Shown here: in pieces, positions 60,013-64,000 of the stretch | Layout of the letters: every line of letters begins with the position of its first letter | Numbering within the stretch: position 1 is the first letter of the stretch | Assembly: GCA_002189035.1 (NCBI GenBank) | Contig: CM007992.1 | Span: 3,784,082-3,848,081, forward strand | Length of the DNA stretch: 64,000 nt | DNA from: Utricularia gibba | Lineage: Eukaryota; Plantae; Magnoliophyta | Direction of reading: 5' to 3' | Program-made: the position numbers and the translations under genes | Notes under the pieces: generated by a model | The model's database searches: none | Seen by the model: only the letters and a program-made list of their open reading frames with translations | What the model was told of the DNA's origin: nothing

Positions 60013-62759
60013 ATGCTTGGCCGAACTTGCATTCTCTTCTTGTACCTGCTTTTCGTCGCCATTTTTACTTTCTCGGTAGCAGAGAGTTTTATGAATCTCA
60101 CTCTCCCTAATCAGCACCCCGAGCCTGAATCGGTGGCTCAAGAAGTAAAACGGTACCTTTCTATTATGTATGTGTTGTTGTGTTGCATTTTTTTTTTAAT
60201 TTTTCTGCTTAATGCTAGAAGCACAATATTACTGTGTACGACGAGTAGTCCTGAAGACACCCAATTGTGCATTTTGCTTCTGCTTTTCTCTTTGATGAGG
60301 AGGATTCACAGTTTAGGCTTCTTGTTGTATTTTGTAAAAATGCATCTCAGACTAACTGTTCTCTATGAGCAATGACAGTTCGTTTCCTTCAGGCAAGAGC
60401 AGTCTTCTTAATCCGTGTCTGGAAAATCGTTTATTTATCTTCGATGAAAAAAGAATTTCTAACATTTGAACATCTGTTCATCTCTAGTTTTTTTTTTTTT
60501 TTAGATTTTCTCGTTTTTCCAGCTTTTCCGTGTCGCCTGTTTGCTTCGCTTTTCTCGTGTTACTATGAGACATCATGTGAAAAAAACAAAAAGCTATGGC
60601 TACTCTTATTTGCTCATCCATTTCTATCTCCCTCGTGGCCATTCTGATCATTTATCGAAATGGTCAGTCGCATGTATTCTATAATACTCGGAAATAATCT
60701 CATTTTTCTTGCTGCTGTTTCTTTTTTCCCATAACATAATAAAGAAGCATTCATGGGTCTTCTTTCCCCCACAGAAAAGTAGCTGCATCAACACTGAAGA
60801 GGCGACAACTTATTTCCTCTCTTGCATCATCAGCCAATCCGGAGTCCCAGTGTCTAACTGGGAATCCTATCGATGATTGCTGGCGCTGTGATTCCAATTG
60901 GGCTGCTAAACGCCAGCGCCTTGCTGACTGTGGCATCGGTTTTGGAAGGGATGCTATGGGTGGAAAAGGGGGTCGTTTCTACGTTGTGAACGACTCCTCG
61001 GATCATGACACGGTAACCCCTACTCCTGGCACTCTTCGCCATGCTGTTATCCAAGATGAGCCTCTTTGGATCATATTCCAATCCAGCATGGTTATCAGAC
61101 TCAAGCATGAGTTGATTGTGAACAGCTACAAAACAATCGATGGTCGTGGCGCAAATGTGCAAATCACAGGCAATGGTTGCATCACATTGCAGTATGTGAG
61201 CAACATCATCATCCACAACGTTCATATCTATAACTGCATGCCATCTGGTAACACCAATATAAGGTCTAGCCCAACGCATGTTGGCTACAGGAGTAAATCA
61301 GACGGGGATGGCATATCCATTTTTGGGTCGAGGAACCTGTGGATTGATCATTGTGCACTCTCACACTGCACTGATGGCTTGATAGATGCGATCATGGGCT
61401 CAACTGCCATTACAATATCAAACAATTACTTCTCTCACCATGATGAGGTTATGCTGCTGGGCATGAGGACAAGTACTTGCCTGATTCAGGAATGCAGGTG
61501 ACTAATTTCCCAACTGATTTCTCTCCCACTCCCTTGTCTTACGTTTGTGATGTGTGGTGGCATTGAAAGGTGACGATTGCTTTCAACCGGTTTGGGGAGG
61601 GGCTGGTACAAAGGATGCCCCGGTGCAGGAGGGGATACATCCATGTGGTTAACAATGATTTCTACGAGTGGAAAATGTATGCAATAGGGGGAGTGCAAGT
61701 CCAACCATAAACAGCGAGGGCAATCGTTACACAGCCCCTGCTGATCCCAGTGCCAAAGAGGTCCTTTTCTTGCTCCTGTTACGTGCTTGCTTTCTTTATC
61801 TCGACGGGGGGCCTGCTTTAATTAAAAAGATGATACTAGCATTGCTGCTAGTTTCTTATATCTTTATCTGGGGTGGGGACTGGCTGGAGAGGGATAGGTT
61901 GAAGATGTTGGGAATTGGAAGCCAAAGTAGTTGATGTTTATAAGAAAAAACGTGGACGTAGCTCATATTGAAAGAAAAACTGAAACTCCAATTCGCCACA
62001 CAGTAGGATTTATGAACATCTGCTGGTCTTTTGAATTTGAATCCGGCTATTATAAATTAGTGTTAACCATCACTCTTCTGGTCCAGTTGATTAAAAACGT
62101 CGGTAGATGTTAATTGGAATTTTCATTGGCAGGTGACAAAGCGTGAGGACACGGATGAAGGGGAATGGGCTAGGTGGAATTGGAGGACTGAGGGAGACAT
62201 TATGATCAACGGCGCTTTCTTCGTACCGTCTGGCGGCGAGCAGGGAGCAGCCAATATGCAGTACGCAAAAGCTTCGAGTGTGGATCCCAAGTCGGCCGCA
62301 CTCATCGACCAACTGACGCTCAACTCTGGCGTCCTCGGCGGCCCCAGGTACTTTCTATTTATTTACCAAGTTGATGGATCACGTGCGAAGTCATTTTCCG
62401 ATTGCTGACATTGTCGTCGAATGAAAACCTGCCCCCATGACGTGGTCCAACCGGTATTTGGCTCTAGCATGGCCCGCGCTAAAAATCCAACGCTGCATGT
62501 TCTCCTTACAGTGCTGTCTCATTTGTATTTCAATGATAGATCAGATTCATTGAACTTATTATTTCCTTTTGTTTTGTTTTTATTAAAGGGACAATGGGTT
62601 CAGCAGCATGTCATCCCACAGAGGGGTGATGAGACCCACGATTTGTACGGAATGATATTTGGAAGCTGGGCCGTGCAGCGGACATGGCGTCCATCTACAA
62701 CCCTTGTATTTGCCTGTGCCGCGGTTATTTTCGCCAATATCGACGCCCGCAACTGGTGA
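60013..62759 (+). CDS. Pectate lyase-like protein (PL1) with signal peptide and hydrophobic C-terminal tail; three apparent 1-nt deletions (61462, 61687-61691, 62623-62626)
   Basis: [87 protein letters not shown] and final DLYGMIFGS tail; five exons. Confidence 0.9.
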
Positions 62760-63093
62760 TTTGTCTTGCTTTTGACATTCAACTCAGTTCTACAGTTTTC
62801 CTTGTGGATTCTGTCCATGTCAATTAGTCAGTCGGTCATGGATGCACTCGTTATTCCTGGCGAAACACATGGTCCCTCTAGATGATAAATTAGCCTATGC
62901 GTCGGATCAAGGTAGGGGAACATAGCTAGGGTTTAAGATTTCACACCGTTTAGGATTCATTTGGGCAGACGTTTAGGCTTAAACCCGGAGAAAATTAAGG
63001 CTTAAAGGGCAAAAGAAGGCGGTCGCTGCTTACAATTACGGATTCCGCGTGTAACATTTAAAGGGCAAACCATCAAATATCGTTTATTGTAAC

Positions 63094-64000
63094 GGGTTTG
63101 GGGTTGAGGGTTGAGGGTTTTAGGGTCTCATACGGTTGAGGGTTTTAGGGTTTAGGGTTCAGGGTTCAGGGTTTAGGTTTCAGGGTTTAGGGTTTAGGGT
63201 TTAGGGTTTAGGGTTCAGGGTTTAGGGTTCAGGGTTTAGGGTTTAGGGTTTAGGGTTTAGGGTTTAGGGTTTAGGGTTTAGGGTTTAGGGTTTAGGTTTA
63301 GGGTTTAGGGTTTAGGGTTTAGGGTTTAGGGTTTAGGGTTTAGGGTTTAGGGTTTAGGGTTTAGGGTTTAGGGTTTAGGGTTTAGGGTTTAGGGTTTAGG
63401 GTTTAGGGTTTAGGGTTTAGGGTTTAGGGTTTAGGGTTTAGGGTTTAGGGTTTAGGGTTTAGGGTTTAGGGTTTAGGGTTTAGGGTTTAGGGTTTAGGGT
63501 TTAGGGTTTAGGGTTTAGGTTTAGGGTTTAGGGTTTAGGGTTTAGGGTTTAGGGTTTAGGGTTTAGGGTTTAGGGTTTAGGGTTTAGGGTTTAGGGTTTA
63601 GGGTTTAGGGTTTAGGGTTCAGGGTTTAGGGTTTAGGGTTTAGGGTTTAGGGTTTAGGGTTTAGGGTTTAGGGTTTAGTTTAGGGTTTAGGGGGTTTAGG
63701 GTTTAGGGTTTAGGGTTTAGGGTTAGGGTTTAGGGTTTAGGGTTTAGGGTTTAGGGTTAGGGTTTAGGGTTTAGGGTTTAGGGTTTAGGGTTTAGGGTTT
63801 AGGGTTTAGGGTTTAGGGTTTAGGGTTTAGGGTTAGGGTTAGGGTTTAGGGGTTTAGGGTTTAGGGTTTAGGGTTTAGGGTTTAGGGTTTAGGGTTTAGG
63901 GTTTAGGGTTTAGGGTTTAGGGTTAGGGTTTAGGGTTTAGGGTTTAGGGTTTAGGGTTTAGGGTTTAGGGTTTAGGGTTTAGGGTTTAGGGTTTAGGGTT
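63094..64000 (+). repeat. Telomeric array (TTTAGGG)n, chromosome end to the right; degenerate proximal zone from 63094, regular array from about 63144
   Basis: More than 100 TTTAGGG units run to the window end, with TTGAGGG and TTCAGGG variants near the proximal edge. Confidence 0.99.

Noticed and set aside
63290-64000. TTAGGG (vertebrate-type), TTTAGG and GGGG units within the telomere
   Set aside because: Single-base length changes in homopolymers match the error pattern seen elsewhere in the window; not evidence of a mixed telomere motif.
1-64000. CRISPR arrays, rRNA genes or organellar DNA insertions
   Set aside because: None seen. The plastid-related genes are intron-containing nuclear genes with transit peptides, not plastid DNA transfers.

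Overview
Gene-dense distal chromosome end of a flowering plant. About 26 nuclear genes or gene remnants run almost up to an Arabidopsis-type (TTTAGGG)n telomere, which starts at about 63.1 kb and points outward on the + strand. Left part: an SRC2-like C2 protein with an 87-bp Pro/Tyr repeat, then a tandem trio of clade-IVa (bHLH18/25-like) bHLH genes. One is intact, one is atypical with a degenerate or missing basic region, and one is a pseudogene split inside exon 3 by a full-length but decayed Ty1/copia LTR element (3203-8478; CCAAG TSD, PBS, PPT). Further genes are At4g22758-like, PTST1, AAR2, CRS2-like, CCB1, SINA-like E3, EAF, a small SCR/defensin-like peptide missed by the ORF track, a TRM/VARLMGL pseudogene, RPS7, ABA4, RBCS, KCS6-like, DUF569, NTF2-like, eRF1, TLDc, a ZAT-type C2H2 finger and a pectate lyase-like gene ending about 340-380 bp from the telomeric repeats. 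At least 8 small indels break otherwise well-conserved genes, nearly all in homopolymer or doubled bases, so this sequence probably carries long-read consensus errors and frameshifts need read-level checks. No rRNA, tRNA or CRISPR features were found. I see no proven new system; the best candidates are the atypical bHLH/ACT-like paralog, the cryptic 7-Cys peptide, an unidentified gene ending in an ATG8-interacting-like motif, and the near absence of a subtelomere. Family names come from motif recognition, not database searches.
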